Source of the DNA: Patescibacteria group bacterium
GTDB lineage: Bacteria > Patescibacteriota > Patescibacteriia > Buchananbacterales > UBA6539
Direction: 5' to 3'
NCBI GenBank assembly: GCA_034003985.1
Contig: JAVEXP010000001.1
Span: forward strand, 236,190-300,189
Length of the DNA: 64,000 nt
Part shown: positions 53,503 through 62,927 of the stretch, piece after piece
How the letters are laid out: the number at the start of each line of letters is the position of its first letter
Numbering within the stretch: position 1 is the stretch's first letter
Notes under the pieces: model-generated
Told to the model about the DNA's origin: nothing
The model's database searches: none
The model's input: the letters and a program-made list of their open reading frames with translations, nothing else
Made by a program: the position numbers and the translations under genes

Positions 53503-55231
53503 GCTTTTTTAAATCAATTATTTTAAGTTGAAGTTCACGGTTACCATTCCACTCATTGACATCAATTTCAAAAACCAAATCAATCAAATCGCCGGGTTTT
53601 AAAGTTTGACGCCATTCACCAAAACCAAAACCAATAGTTTTATGAATAGTCTTGTCGTGATGACAGACCATCAAGCGAAGGTGTTTACCGTCCTGACCAA
53701 CTCCTTGAATTTCGTGAATGGTTAATCCTTTGGCTAAAAACCGTGGTTTGGGGTTACCTTCTCCATAGGGTTTAAATTTTTCCAATTCGTCGAATAAATC
53801 CCAGTTGACCTGAGTTAGACTGATTTGCACATCAATTTCCAAACTTGGATTTAATGAAATTTCAGCTAATTCTTGCTTGGCCAAGGCCGTCATTTTGACG
53901 ATAAATTTCTTTAAATTAGTTTCGTCCTTAACCGTAAAACCGCAAGCTTGAGCATGGCCACCGTAACGGGCCAGCATCCTGTCGCATTTGGCGATTGCTT
54001 CAACAATATTAAATTCGGGAATACTTCGTCCCGAACCGATAATTTCACCGTTGTAATGACTAATTACCAGGCTGGGAAGATGAAACTTGTCAGTCAGCCG
54101 GCCGGCTACCAAGCCAACGATCCCAGTCGGCCAGTCATGACCGATCAGGATTAAAATTTTTTGATCAGTAACCTGACCAACAATATTGAGACATTCCTGA
54201 TGAATTTTTTCCGTTAATTGTTGGCGCTCTTGATTTTTTTTATTCAATTGCTCAGCTAAGCGCTCAGCCTCGTCGGGATTATCGGTAATCAGCAGTTCAT
54301 AAGAAGTACTGGCATGACCCAGCCGGCCGGCGGCGTTAAGTCTAGGAGCGATTCGCCAACCGACAATATCTTGATCCAAGATGGTAAGGTTACTGCTCAT
54401 TTTTTCAACCAGTTTAAGTAGCCCGAGCCTTTTAGTTTTTTGCAAAACCACCAAACCATATTTAACCAATACCCGATTTTCATCCAAAACCGGCTGTAAG
54501 TCCGCAATAGTGCCGATTGCCACCAGATCCAGAAGCCATTTTTCATAGCCATCTTCAAGGGGCTTATCCTGGTGTTGACTGACTCGCAAAGCCAAGGCCT
54601 GTACTAATTTATAAGCTACCCCGCAGCCGGCTAACTTTTTGAAAGGATATTTTTCACCGCTAACACTGGGATTAAGGATGGCAAAGGCTTGCGGCAACAC
54701 CAACGGTTCGTGATGGTGGTCAGTAATGATAACATCAATGCCATTTTCTTGAAGAAGTTTTACCTCTTCAACATTTGAAATACCACAATCAACGGTAATC
54801 ACTAGGCCAATTTTATCTTTTACTAATTTTTTGGCGGCGGCAATATTGAGCCCATAACCTTCAGTCTCGCGATAAGGAATATAAACATCAATATCCGCCC
54901 CTAATTCTTTAAGATATTCCGAAAGGACGGCAGTTGAGGTAACACCATCGGCATCATAATCACCATAGATTACTATTTTTTGACCTGATTCCAGCGCCAG
55001 AAATATCCGGTCAACCGCTTTGGCCATATCATTGAACAAAAACGGATCATAGGTATCCTGACCATAGTCTACGGTCAAGAAATGATCAATTTTGTCCTGA
55101 GTATCAATGCCCCGGTTATTGAGCAATTGAAGAATAATCGGATTAATTTCCGGAAATTGTTTAATAATTTCAGGGGACGGCGGTTGGTTTAGCTGCCAGG
55201 TTTTTACGGACATAGGAATATATTTTAGCAT
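53495..55231 (-). CDS. recJ: Single-stranded-DNA-specific exonuclease RecJ
   Basis: DHH motifs (IVIYGDYDADGVTS, ITDHHH), DHHA1 (GGHAQACGF), C-terminal OB fold; 578 aa. Confidence 0.88.
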   Translation of the reverse strand: MLKYIPMSVKTWQLNQPPSPEIIKQFPEINPIILQLLNNRGIDTQDKIDHFLTVDYGQDTYDPFLFNDMAKAVDRIFLALESGQKIVIYGDYDADGVTSTAVLSEYLKELGADIDVYIPYRETEGYGLNIAAAKKLVKDKIGLVITVDCGISNVEEVKLLQENGIDVIITDHHHEPLVLPQAFAILNPSVSGEKYPFKKLAGCGVAYKLVQALALRVSQHQDKPLEDGYEKWLLDLVAIGTIADLQPVLDENRVLVKYGLVVLQKTKRLGLLKLVEKMSSNLTILDQDIVGWRIAPRLNAAGRLGHASTSYELLITDNPDEAERLAEQLNKKNQERQQLTEKIHQECLNIVGQVTDQKILILIGHDWPTGIVGLVAGRLTDKFHLPSLVISHYNGEIIGSGRSIPEFNIVEAIAKCDRMLARYGGHAQACGFTVKDETNLKKFIVKMTALAKQELAEISLNPSLEIDVQISLTQVNWDLFDELEKFKPYGEGNPKPRFLAKGLTIHEIQGVGQDGKHLRLMVCHHDKTIHKTIGFGFGEWRQTLKPGDLIDLVFEIDVNEWNGNRELQLKIIDLKKHD

Positions 55232-55359
55232 TTTACGGTCAATAGATAAAGTGCTAAAATACGACCATGAAGAAAAAAGAAAAAATTCAAAAGATTATTT
55301 GGATTATCCTGGTGATTCTGATTACCGCTTCAATGATTTTGTGGACTTTGGGATCTTAC

Positions 55360-57135
55360 TTATTTTTTTAATACTGCCAAAAAAGCTTCGGTCGGAATAT
55401 CCACTCTGCCCATCTGCATCATTTTTTTCTTGCCCTTTTTTTGTTTTTCTAGTAGCTTTCTTTTGCGCGAGTAATCACCACCGTACAATTTGGCGGTGAC
55501 ATCTTTGCGATAAGCCGAAAGTCTTTCAGCGGCGATTACCTTGCCACTAACTGCCGCCTGGATTTTGACAACAAAATTTTGACGGGGTAAAGCTTCTTTT
55601 AACGAATTGACAATCTTTTTACCGACGGCGTAAGCTTCGTCTTTATAGACTAACGAAGCCAGAGCCTCGACTTTTTCTTCCGCCACCAGAATATCTAGTT
55701 TGGTAATTTCAGTAGAACGATATTCCAAGAAATCATAGCTTAACGAGGCATAGCCCGAAGAAACACTTTTTAATTTATCATAGAAATCAACCAATAACGC
55801 CGTTAGTGGCAAGTGATAATGTAAAACGGCAATATTTTCATCCAGGTACTCGGTATTAAGATAAATTCCTCTTTTTTGGGAAACTAATTGCATAATTTGA
55901 CCCAAATAATTTTTGGGCGAAAAAACATCCAAAGTCATAACTGGCTCAAAAATTTCTTCAATTTCTTCTTGTCGAGGCAATTCTTGGGGGCTATGAATTA
56001 CCAGCTCCTTTTTATTTTTTAATTTTATTTGATAGGCTACACTGGGAACAGTGACAATCAAGTCAAGGTCGTATTCTCGCTTAAGGCGTTCCTGAACAAC
56101 TTCTAGGTGCAATAAACCTAAAAATCCGCAACGGAATCCGAATCCTAAAGCGCTTGAATTTTCCGGTTCATAGCTCAAAGCCGCGTCATTAAGTTTTAAT
56201 TTTTCAATCGCTTCGCGAAGCTGAGGATATTCATTTCCCTCCTTACAAAATAATCCGGCAAAAACCATTGGTTTCACTTCTTTGTAACCCGGCAACATCG
56301 TAACCGGCTGATTGTCCAAGCCAATAGTGTCACCAACCCGACAACTGGAAATATGTTTTAAGCCCGTCACCAGGTAGCCAATTTCCCCCGATTTAAGACT
56401 GGTAGTTTTTTGGTATTTGGGATTAAAATATCCTACTTCCAAAACTTCATTTTTCTTGCCGGTCGAAAGAAACTCCACTTCATCCCCAGGTTTTACTTCG
56501 CCGTCAACTACTCTAATCTGAGCTATTACGCCGCGGTATTCGTCAAAGTTTGAATCAAAAATCAATGCCCTGAGACTTTGATTGCTGTCTAATCGTGGTG
56601 AATTGACTCGTTCAATAACGGCGGATAATACCGCTTCAACACCTTGGCCAGTTTTAGCCGAAACGGCCAAAATCTCTTTAGCCTCGCAACCAAGCAAGTG
56701 GCAAATTTCAGCTTTAACAATGTCGACTTGTGCATTAGGCAGATCAATTTTATTAATCACCGGAATGATTGTCAGGTTTTGTTCCAAGGCCAGATATAAA
56801 TTGGCGACGGTCTGAGCTTGGACACCTTGAGTGGCATCTACCAGCAAAATTGCCCCTTCCACCGCAGCCAGGCTGCGCGAAACTTCATAACTAAAATCAA
56901 CATGACCCGGAGTGTCAATAAGATTTAATTGATAATTTTGCCAACTCATTCTGACCGGCTGAAGTTTGATGGTAATCCCCCGTTCGCGTTCAATATCCAT
57001 TTGATCAAGAAGTTGTTCTTTCATCTCTCGTTTTGAAATCGTCCCAGTCAATTCTAAAAAACGGTCCGCTAAAGTGGACTTGCCGTGATCAATGTGAGCA
57101 ATAATGCAAAAATTTCTAATTTTTGTATCAATCAT
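55360..57135 (-). CDS. lepA: Elongation factor 4 (LepA)
   Basis: IRNFCIIAHIDHGKSTLADR G1 motif; DTPGHVDF; LepA-specific C-terminal domain; 591 aa. Confidence 0.92.
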   Translation of the reverse strand: MIDTKIRNFCIIAHIDHGKSTLADRFLELTGTISKREMKEQLLDQMDIERERGITIKLQPVRMSWQNYQLNLIDTPGHVDFSYEVSRSLAAVEGAILLVDATQGVQAQTVANLYLALEQNLTIIPVINKIDLPNAQVDIVKAEICHLLGCEAKEILAVSAKTGQGVEAVLSAVIERVNSPRLDSNQSLRALIFDSNFDEYRGVIAQIRVVDGEVKPGDEVEFLSTGKKNEVLEVGYFNPKYQKTTSLKSGEIGYLVTGLKHISSCRVGDTIGLDNQPVTMLPGYKEVKPMVFAGLFCKEGNEYPQLREAIEKLKLNDAALSYEPENSSALGFGFRCGFLGLLHLEVVQERLKREYDLDLIVTVPSVAYQIKLKNKKELVIHSPQELPRQEEIEEIFEPVMTLDVFSPKNYLGQIMQLVSQKRGIYLNTEYLDENIAVLHYHLPLTALLVDFYDKLKSVSSGYASLSYDFLEYRSTEITKLDILVAEEKVEALASLVYKDEAYAVGKKIVNSLKEALPRQNFVVKIQAAVSGKVIAAERLSAYRKDVTAKLYGGDYSRKRKLLEKQKKGKKKMMQMGRVDIPTEAFLAVLKK

Positions 57136-58739
57136 GTTAATTTTTCATTTTCAATGATTTCTTCGGGAACATTTGGACGCTTAAGAAACTTTTTCCTCAA
57201 CGATTCAAGGTAAGTATTAAGTTCTTCGGTTCTAAGCAAATAGGCAGTAGTCAAAAAAGCCAAACCGCCGCCAAGTGAAGCCAACAACAACTGGGCACCA
57301 ATTCCGATAAAAGTTTCGGTGCCAAACAGTTGACCAATGGGATATTTAATGGCTTGGGCGGTGATTGCCATCATAAAAGTCGCAATTACTATTTTAATGA
57401 CCGCCAAACTGATTTTATCGCCATCCAATTGGCCCAAACGATAGTGCAATATTAACAGAAGCAGGATAAAATTCAATACCGTTGACATAGAGAAAGCCAA
57501 GGCCAAACCGGCAACGCCGAACTTTTCACTTAGCATCAAAGCTAAAATAATGTTGGAAAAAACGCTAATTAGACCCGTATAAAAGGGGGTTTTACTGTCT
57601 TCAAGGGCAAAAAATGCCCTTGATAATACTAAAATCAAGGCTTGGGCGAATAGGCTGACCGCAAAAAGAGCCAGGGTTTCCAAAGTCAACACCGTATCCT
57701 CCCAGTCAAAGCGACCACTGCCAAGCACCACCCGAACGACTTGAGCGCGCAGGACAATCAACAAGACGGAAGACGGGATTATTAAAAATAAAATTTGGCG
57801 GATTGTTAGAGACAAGGTATTAATAAATTGTCTTTTTTTATTCGCCAATTCAGCCAATGTTGGGAAAGCGGCAATGGCAAAAGATATCGCAAATAAACCC
57901 AGGGGAAAACTTTGAATATTGTTGGCAAAGTTAAAAATAGTAATACTACCAACGGTTAAAGTCGAACCGATAATGGTAATGGCTAAAAAATTTATCTGGG
58001 AAACAATTAAAGTTAAAGTCCGGGGGACCATCATCTTTAATATTCTTCTGAGATTTTTATCGTTCAAGTTAAATTGCCATTGATAATGATAGCCCAAACT
58101 AACAACCGCCACCAACTGGATTAGCAGATGCATAAAAGCACCCAAGATCACCCCCCAAGCCAAACCGAAAATCCCCAAATGTTCAGTAAAAAAAAGAGCA
58201 CCAATTATTATCCCAAGATTATAAAGGATTGGCGCCAAAGAGTAAACAAAGAATCTTTTAAGTGATTGCAAAATACTGCCGAATATTCCCGAAATTCCCA
58301 GCAAAATCGGCGAAAGAAACATAATTCTAGTCATACCGGCGGTAGTCGCTAGTTGGGAGGGTGAAAATCCCGGGGCAATTATTTTTACCAACCAGGGGGC
58401 TAATATAAAAACCAGAATTGAAATTAGAATTAGACAAAAAGATAAAATATGAAGAATATTATTAACCAATTCCCAAGCTTTCTCTTTTTTATTGAGATAT
58501 GAAGCAAATACCGGGATAAAACCGGCCGACAAAGCGCCTAAGACTAAAATATTAAAAATAAAATCGGGGATCCGAAAAGCCGCGAAATAAATATCCAATT
58601 CATTGCCGGCACCGAATTCCCCGGCCAAAATGCGGTCACGCAATATTCCCAAGACCCTGGAGACCAAAGAAGCGCTCCCCAAAATAATAGCGGCAGCGGT
58701 AATACTTTTTGATTGTCCGGTCAATATTTTTTTAAGCAT
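57132..58739 (-). CDS. murJ: Lipid II flippase MurJ (MviN)
   Basis: N-terminal ...SRVLGILRDRILAGEFGAGNELDIYFAAFRIPDF; 14 TM; 535 aa. Confidence 0.85.
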   Translation of the reverse strand: MLKKILTGQSKSITAAAIILGSASLVSRVLGILRDRILAGEFGAGNELDIYFAAFRIPDFIFNILVLGALSAGFIPVFASYLNKKEKAWELVNNILHILSFCLILISILVFILAPWLVKIIAPGFSPSQLATTAGMTRIMFLSPILLGISGIFGSILQSLKRFFVYSLAPILYNLGIIIGALFFTEHLGIFGLAWGVILGAFMHLLIQLVAVVSLGYHYQWQFNLNDKNLRRILKMMVPRTLTLIVSQINFLAITIIGSTLTVGSITIFNFANNIQSFPLGLFAISFAIAAFPTLAELANKKRQFINTLSLTIRQILFLIIPSSVLLIVLRAQVVRVVLGSGRFDWEDTVLTLETLALFAVSLFAQALILVLSRAFFALEDSKTPFYTGLISVFSNIILALMLSEKFGVAGLALAFSMSTVLNFILLLLILHYRLGQLDGDKISLAVIKIVIATFMMAITAQAIKYPIGQLFGTETFIGIGAQLLLASLGGGLAFLTTAYLLRTEELNTYLESLRKKFLKRPNVPEEIIENEKLT

Positions 58740-59916
58740 CAGCTTGGTTTAACGGTTGAATTTTTTGGGCAATCATCAATTCCTCATTGGTCGGAATAGT
58801 TAAAACTTTAAATTTTTTCCAAGATTTTCTTAAATCCTTAGTAATCAATTTTCTAATATCGGCGTTGCGTTCGCCGATGCCGCCGGTAAATATCAAATAG
58901 TCCAATCCGCCCATAACCGTAGCATAGCTACCAATATATTTTACTACCCGATAAATAAACATTCTGATCGCCAATTGAGCCCGTTGCTTTTCTTTTAATT
59001 TGAACTTTTTCGGCGTTTTGTATCCTGGGATTTTGTAACCGGCCGCAATCATAATGTCGCGCAGATCCTTAGTGTAACCAAATATTCCTTTCAAACCTGA
59101 TTCATTGTTAAGAATGCGTTCAACCTCATTAATGTCTATTTTGAATTTACGAACCAGATAAAAAATGATTGAGGGGTCAATGTCACCACTGCGAGTACTC
59201 ATCATTAATCCTTGCAACGGAGTCAAGCCCATGGAATTTTCGATAGCTTGACCCTGATTAATGGCGGTAATCGAAGATCCTGAACCCAGATGGCAGCTAA
59301 TAATTTTTAACCGACGGGGGGATTTTTTAATTTTCATTAAAGCCTGCTTGAAAACATACTCATGAGATAGGCCATGGAATCCATACTGACGGATCTGGTA
59401 TTTATCCAAGAGCTCAAAAGGGATTGGATAAGTGTAAGCATAGTCAGGAATATTCTGATAAAAACCAGTATCAAATGCCGCGGCATTTTTGATACCGGGG
59501 AAGAAATCAAAACAAGCCTGGATACAAGCAATGTTAATGGGATTGTGCAGTGGCGCTAAATAGTTTATTTTTTTTAAATCAGCAAAGATTTTTTTACTAA
59601 TCAAAGTTGGCTGGTAATAGCGTGGTCCGCCGTGGACGACCCGATGGCCGATAATCCTGATTCGTTTTTTCCAATGCTTTAGGTATGGTGTAAGCAGCTT
59701 AAACGCCTGATAATGGTCATCAATTCCCTCGGGAAAATTTTTCATAATCATTCTTTTGGTTTTGTAACTTTCCTCGAGGTTAATAAAAGAACCCTTGAGA
59801 CCGATTTTTTCAACCAAACCTTGACAGACAACATTAAAATGCTGATCAAAAATTTTGAATTTTAAACTAGAAGACCCTGAGTTTATCACTAAAACGCAGG
59901 TTTTCAATTTGGCCAT
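58732..59916 (-). CDS. ackA: Acetate kinase
   Basis: VLVINSGSSSLKF N-terminus; ...GHRVVHGG...; ASKHA fold motifs; 394 aa. Confidence 0.88.
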   Translation of the reverse strand: MAKLKTCVLVINSGSSSLKFKIFDQHFNVVCQGLVEKIGLKGSFINLEESYKTKRMIMKNFPEGIDDHYQAFKLLTPYLKHWKKRIRIIGHRVVHGGPRYYQPTLISKKIFADLKKINYLAPLHNPINIACIQACFDFFPGIKNAAAFDTGFYQNIPDYAYTYPIPFELLDKYQIRQYGFHGLSHEYVFKQALMKIKKSPRRLKIISCHLGSGSSITAINQGQAIENSMGLTPLQGLMMSTRSGDIDPSIIFYLVRKFKIDINEVERILNNESGLKGIFGYTKDLRDIMIAAGYKIPGYKTPKKFKLKEKQRAQLAIRMFIYRVVKYIGSYATVMGGLDYLIFTGGIGERNADIRKLITKDLRKSWKKFKVLTIPTNEELMIAQKIQPLNQADA

Positions 59917-60022
59917 ATATTATATTGTGCTAGCTAAGTTTGGCTTTGACAATCAAGGCTGCCACCACCCCGACAAAAATCAAAAACAAACCTAACCATT
60001 GAACTTCACCCATATTTTAAAA

Positions 60023-60592
60023 TTAATTAATTATTATTTCCCCTTTGGTTTGGCCGTGGACAAAAGCGGCATTACCTTCGTCCGTATCAAGCTGAATGCG
60101 GGGTCGAAAATCTTTACGGATTCTGGTGACCACTTCGTTAAATATCAAGCTTCTTGGCCCGGTGATTTTAACTTTAATTTTTTGGCCGTCTCTTAACTTT
60201 AATTTTTTGGCCGTGGCCAAATCGCAATGAAAATGTCTTCTGGCAATTATCAAACCGTGGAATAACTTAACCTTACCTTTAGGCCCGGATAAAATCACCG
60301 GGGCAGCATCTGATAAATCGCCAGAGATTTTCAAAGGCGCTTTAATCCCCAGGTAATAGCTATCGGTAAATGAAATTTCCACTTGACTGACATCCCTGAT
60401 TGGACCAAGAATTCTTACATCAGTAATTTCATTTTTGGGGCCGATGATTGTCACAGTGGAATTGCTGGAATACTGTTTTTTTTGGGAAAGATTTTTAACC
60501 GGCTCAAGCTGATACCCCCTACCAAACAGCTTTTCCAAATGTTTTCCAGATAGATGACAATGACGAGCGGAAACTTCGACAATTACTTTCAT
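60023..60592 (-). CDS. pduL: Phosphate acyltransferase PduL-type (phosphotransacetylase substitute)
   Basis: Duplicated PduL motifs SARHCHLS...VRILGPIR...VEISFTDSYYLGIKAPLKISGDL and ARRHFHCD...; 189 aa; adjacent to ackA. Confidence 0.75.
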   Translation of the reverse strand: MKVIVEVSARHCHLSGKHLEKLFGRGYQLEPVKNLSQKKQYSSNSTVTIIGPKNEITDVRILGPIRDVSQVEISFTDSYYLGIKAPLKISGDLSDAAPVILSGPKGKVKLFHGLIIARRHFHCDLATAKKLKLRDGQKIKVKITGPRSLIFNEVVTRIRKDFRPRIQLDTDEGNAAFVHGQTKGEIIIN

Positions 60593-61602
60593 ATTTTTAT
60601 TTTTTTAAACATTTGACTTTTAGTAAGCAATCCATTTTGGGCGCCAATTTGCTTGATAACCGAGGAGCTGTTGGTTATCCCCCACCTTAAAGCTTTTTTT
60701 ATGTCTTTTTTTTCATAATGGAGACCGGCGATAAAAGCTGAACCAAAAGAATCACCTACCCCGGTAGTATCCAGCGGTTTAACGGCCTTTGGTTTTTGAC
60801 GATAAACTCGTTTTCCGTCATAAGCCCAACAATCTTTTTTGCCTTCAGTAATAATAACAATTTTTGGACCCCACTCGCTAAGGATATTAAGAAGATAAAT
60901 TGGTCGATTAAGATAATTGGGATTTTTACGCCCAAGCTTTACACCCGACAAAACCAATTCAATAGCTTCATCTTTATTTAAAATTAAAACTTCCGTTTGC
61001 ATCAAAAACGGCGCCAAGGTATGACGGCCGGCCCTTAACTGGACCCCTCCGAGATTCCAGGAAATTTTAACATTTTTTTCCTTAGCGGTTTGAAAAATTT
61101 GTTTTAAATTTGATAACCATTTTTGACCAGTCAGCGAGGTCAAATAATACCAACCGGCGCTAATTTTTGACAATTCTTTTTGATTAATCAATAAATATTC
61201 ATCAGCAGCCCGATGAGTAAAAATAACATGTTCCTTTTCTTTTTTCGCCGTCGCCAGAATAACAGAAAAACCAGTCATTCTTTTTTGGTCGATTTGGATA
61301 TTATCAATATTAACTCCCTCAGTCTTAAATTTAACAACAACCTCCTCGCCGATTTCGTCCTTACCGATTCTGGTAATAATACCGGTCTTAAGCCCTAATC
61401 GAGCGAAAGAAACACCAGCATTGGCCGCCCCGCCACCCAAATTGGAATAGGCATCCTGAACATTTATTTTTGCGCCGTATTCAAAAGCTAACATTTTTTG
61501 CGCCGTTAAATTTTGTGGGGTATTAAAAATTTTTCCCTCACTGGTATAAAGGGTATAATCTTTAACCGCCGCACCAATGGTAACAATGTCTAATTTACTC
61601 AT
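60589..61602 (-). CDS. PfkB-family carbohydrate kinase (ribokinase-like)
   Basis: N-terminal GG (LGGGAANAGV) and C-terminal DTTGVGDSFGSAFIAG PfkB signatures; 337 aa. Confidence 0.75.
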   Translation of the reverse strand: MSKLDIVTIGAAVKDYTLYTSEGKIFNTPQNLTAQKMLAFEYGAKINVQDAYSNLGGGAANAGVSFARLGLKTGIITRIGKDEIGEEVVVKFKTEGVNIDNIQIDQKRMTGFSVILATAKKEKEHVIFTHRAADEYLLINQKELSKISAGWYYLTSLTGQKWLSNLKQIFQTAKEKNVKISWNLGGVQLRAGRHTLAPFLMQTEVLILNKDEAIELVLSGVKLGRKNPNYLNRPIYLLNILSEWGPKIVIITEGKKDCWAYDGKRVYRQKPKAVKPLDTTGVGDSFGSAFIAGLHYEKKDIKKALRWGITNSSSVIKQIGAQNGLLTKSQMFKKIKI

Positions 61603-61605
61603 AGC

Positions 61606-62520
61606 TTAAATCCAATCGCTTTTTTTCAAATATATCAATATGCCGCCAATTACACCCAAGAGCAATAAAAACAAAGTCCAAATGATGGTCGGGTCATGGG
61701 CAAACGGCAAATCAATGTTCATTCCATATATACCAGATAATAATGTTAAAGGCAATAAAGCTACCGAAAAAATAGTCAAAATCTTCATGACACTGTTGGT
61801 CCTGAACGATATTAACGATTCGTTAATTTCCTGAAGACTTAAAACTCGATCTTTGTAGCCGTCCAAAATAAAAAGATTTTTTTCAATAAAATCGTCAAGA
61901 TCGTCAAAATACAACAACATCTCTTTGTTTAAAAATTTGATGTTAATTCGACTTAAATTGTTAGTTAATATTCGCTGAGGATCAATAATCGCTTTGAGTT
62001 GAAGTATAATCCGGCGCAGGAAAGCGATATCAAAAACAGATTTTTTATTTCGACCTTCGTCAATATCAAATTCAACCCGACGAACTTCTTGTTCTAAATA
62101 GTTATGAACAACCCAGCTGCCCCGTAGCACCGAATCCAAAATCTTATACAAGAGATAACCGCTGCCTTGAGAAAAATATTCTTCTCTCATTTTTTGGTTG
62201 TTAACAATTTTATAATATAAGGTGTTAAGGTCTTTTATTCGATCACGGGAAATTGTAATGACATAATCCTTGCTGACAAAAAAATAGATTTGGCTAACAT
62301 CAACTTTCTTTTGATTCTTATTCAAGTACGGCAGCTGCAAAACCAAAAAAAAGTAATTATGATACACATCAATCTTACTACGCTGAGTTTCCCCGGCACA
62401 ATCTTTAATATCCAAGGGATGAAATTTAAAATTTTTCTTCAAAAAATTAAGCTCTTCCTGGGAAAAATCAGTCAAATAATGCCACGACAATTCATTCAAT
62501 TTTAGGGTTTTGATAGCCAT
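61606..62520 (-). CDS. corA: CorA-family Mg2+/Co2+ transporter
   Basis: C-terminal two TM with YGMNIDLP (GMN motif); 304 aa. Confidence 0.8.
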   Translation of the reverse strand: MAIKTLKLNELSWHYLTDFSQEELNFLKKNFKFHPLDIKDCAGETQRSKIDVYHNYFFLVLQLPYLNKNQKKVDVSQIYFFVSKDYVITISRDRIKDLNTLYYKIVNNQKMREEYFSQGSGYLLYKILDSVLRGSWVVHNYLEQEVRRVEFDIDEGRNKKSVFDIAFLRRIILQLKAIIDPQRILTNNLSRINIKFLNKEMLLYFDDLDDFIEKNLFILDGYKDRVLSLQEINESLISFRTNSVMKILTIFSVALLPLTLLSGIYGMNIDLPFAHDPTIIWTLFLLLLGVIGGILIYLKKSDWI

Positions 62521-62525
62521 AATGT

Positions 62526-62909
62526 TTATTTTTTATTTTTGACAGCCAATTTTGTTATTTTATCAACTATTTCTCCAATACTGGAATCGGCTTTTACTAA
62601 ATAATCAGTTGCTCCGAATTTAATACCTAATCTGATTTCCTCATCTTGTCCAAGATTAGACAGAATAATAACCGGAATGTGGCTAGTGAGTTTGTTGCCC
62701 TTGAGTTTTTTTAGACACTCAAAACCACTCTTGCCCGGCAATAAAATATCCAATACAATCAGATCCGGAACAACCGCTTTGGCTTTCTGAATACCTTCTT
62801 CCGAGCTAAAGGCCAAAACGACATCATATCCAATTTCCTCCAGAGCCAAACGAATAATCTTTGCCAAAGACTGTTCATCTTCAATAATCAAAATTTTAGT
62901 TTTAACCAT
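62526..62909 (-). CDS. Single-domain response regulator (CheY-like receiver)
   Basis: ILIIEDEQS...DLIVLDILLPGKSG...PVIILSNLG...K receiver motifs (Asp pocket, phospho-Asp, Thr/Lys); 127 aa; no output domain. Confidence 0.8.
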   Translation of the reverse strand: MVKTKILIIEDEQSLAKIIRLALEEIGYDVVLAFSSEEGIQKAKAVVPDLIVLDILLPGKSGFECLKKLKGNKLTSHIPVIILSNLGQDEEIRLGIKFGATDYLVKADSSIGEIVDKITKLAVKNKK

Positions 62910-62927
62910 AAATTTCCGAATTATTAA

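Noticed and set aside
55251-55499. 82-aa plus-strand ORF overlapping the lepA 3' end; also a possible 34-aa hydrophobic micro-ORF at 55267..55371
   Set aside because: The 82-aa ORF overlaps lepA by 140 nt and has low-complexity composition. The 34-aa ORF (MKKKEKIQKIIWIILVILITASMILWTLGSYLFF) has no recognisable RBS. It is kept only as a remote possibility.
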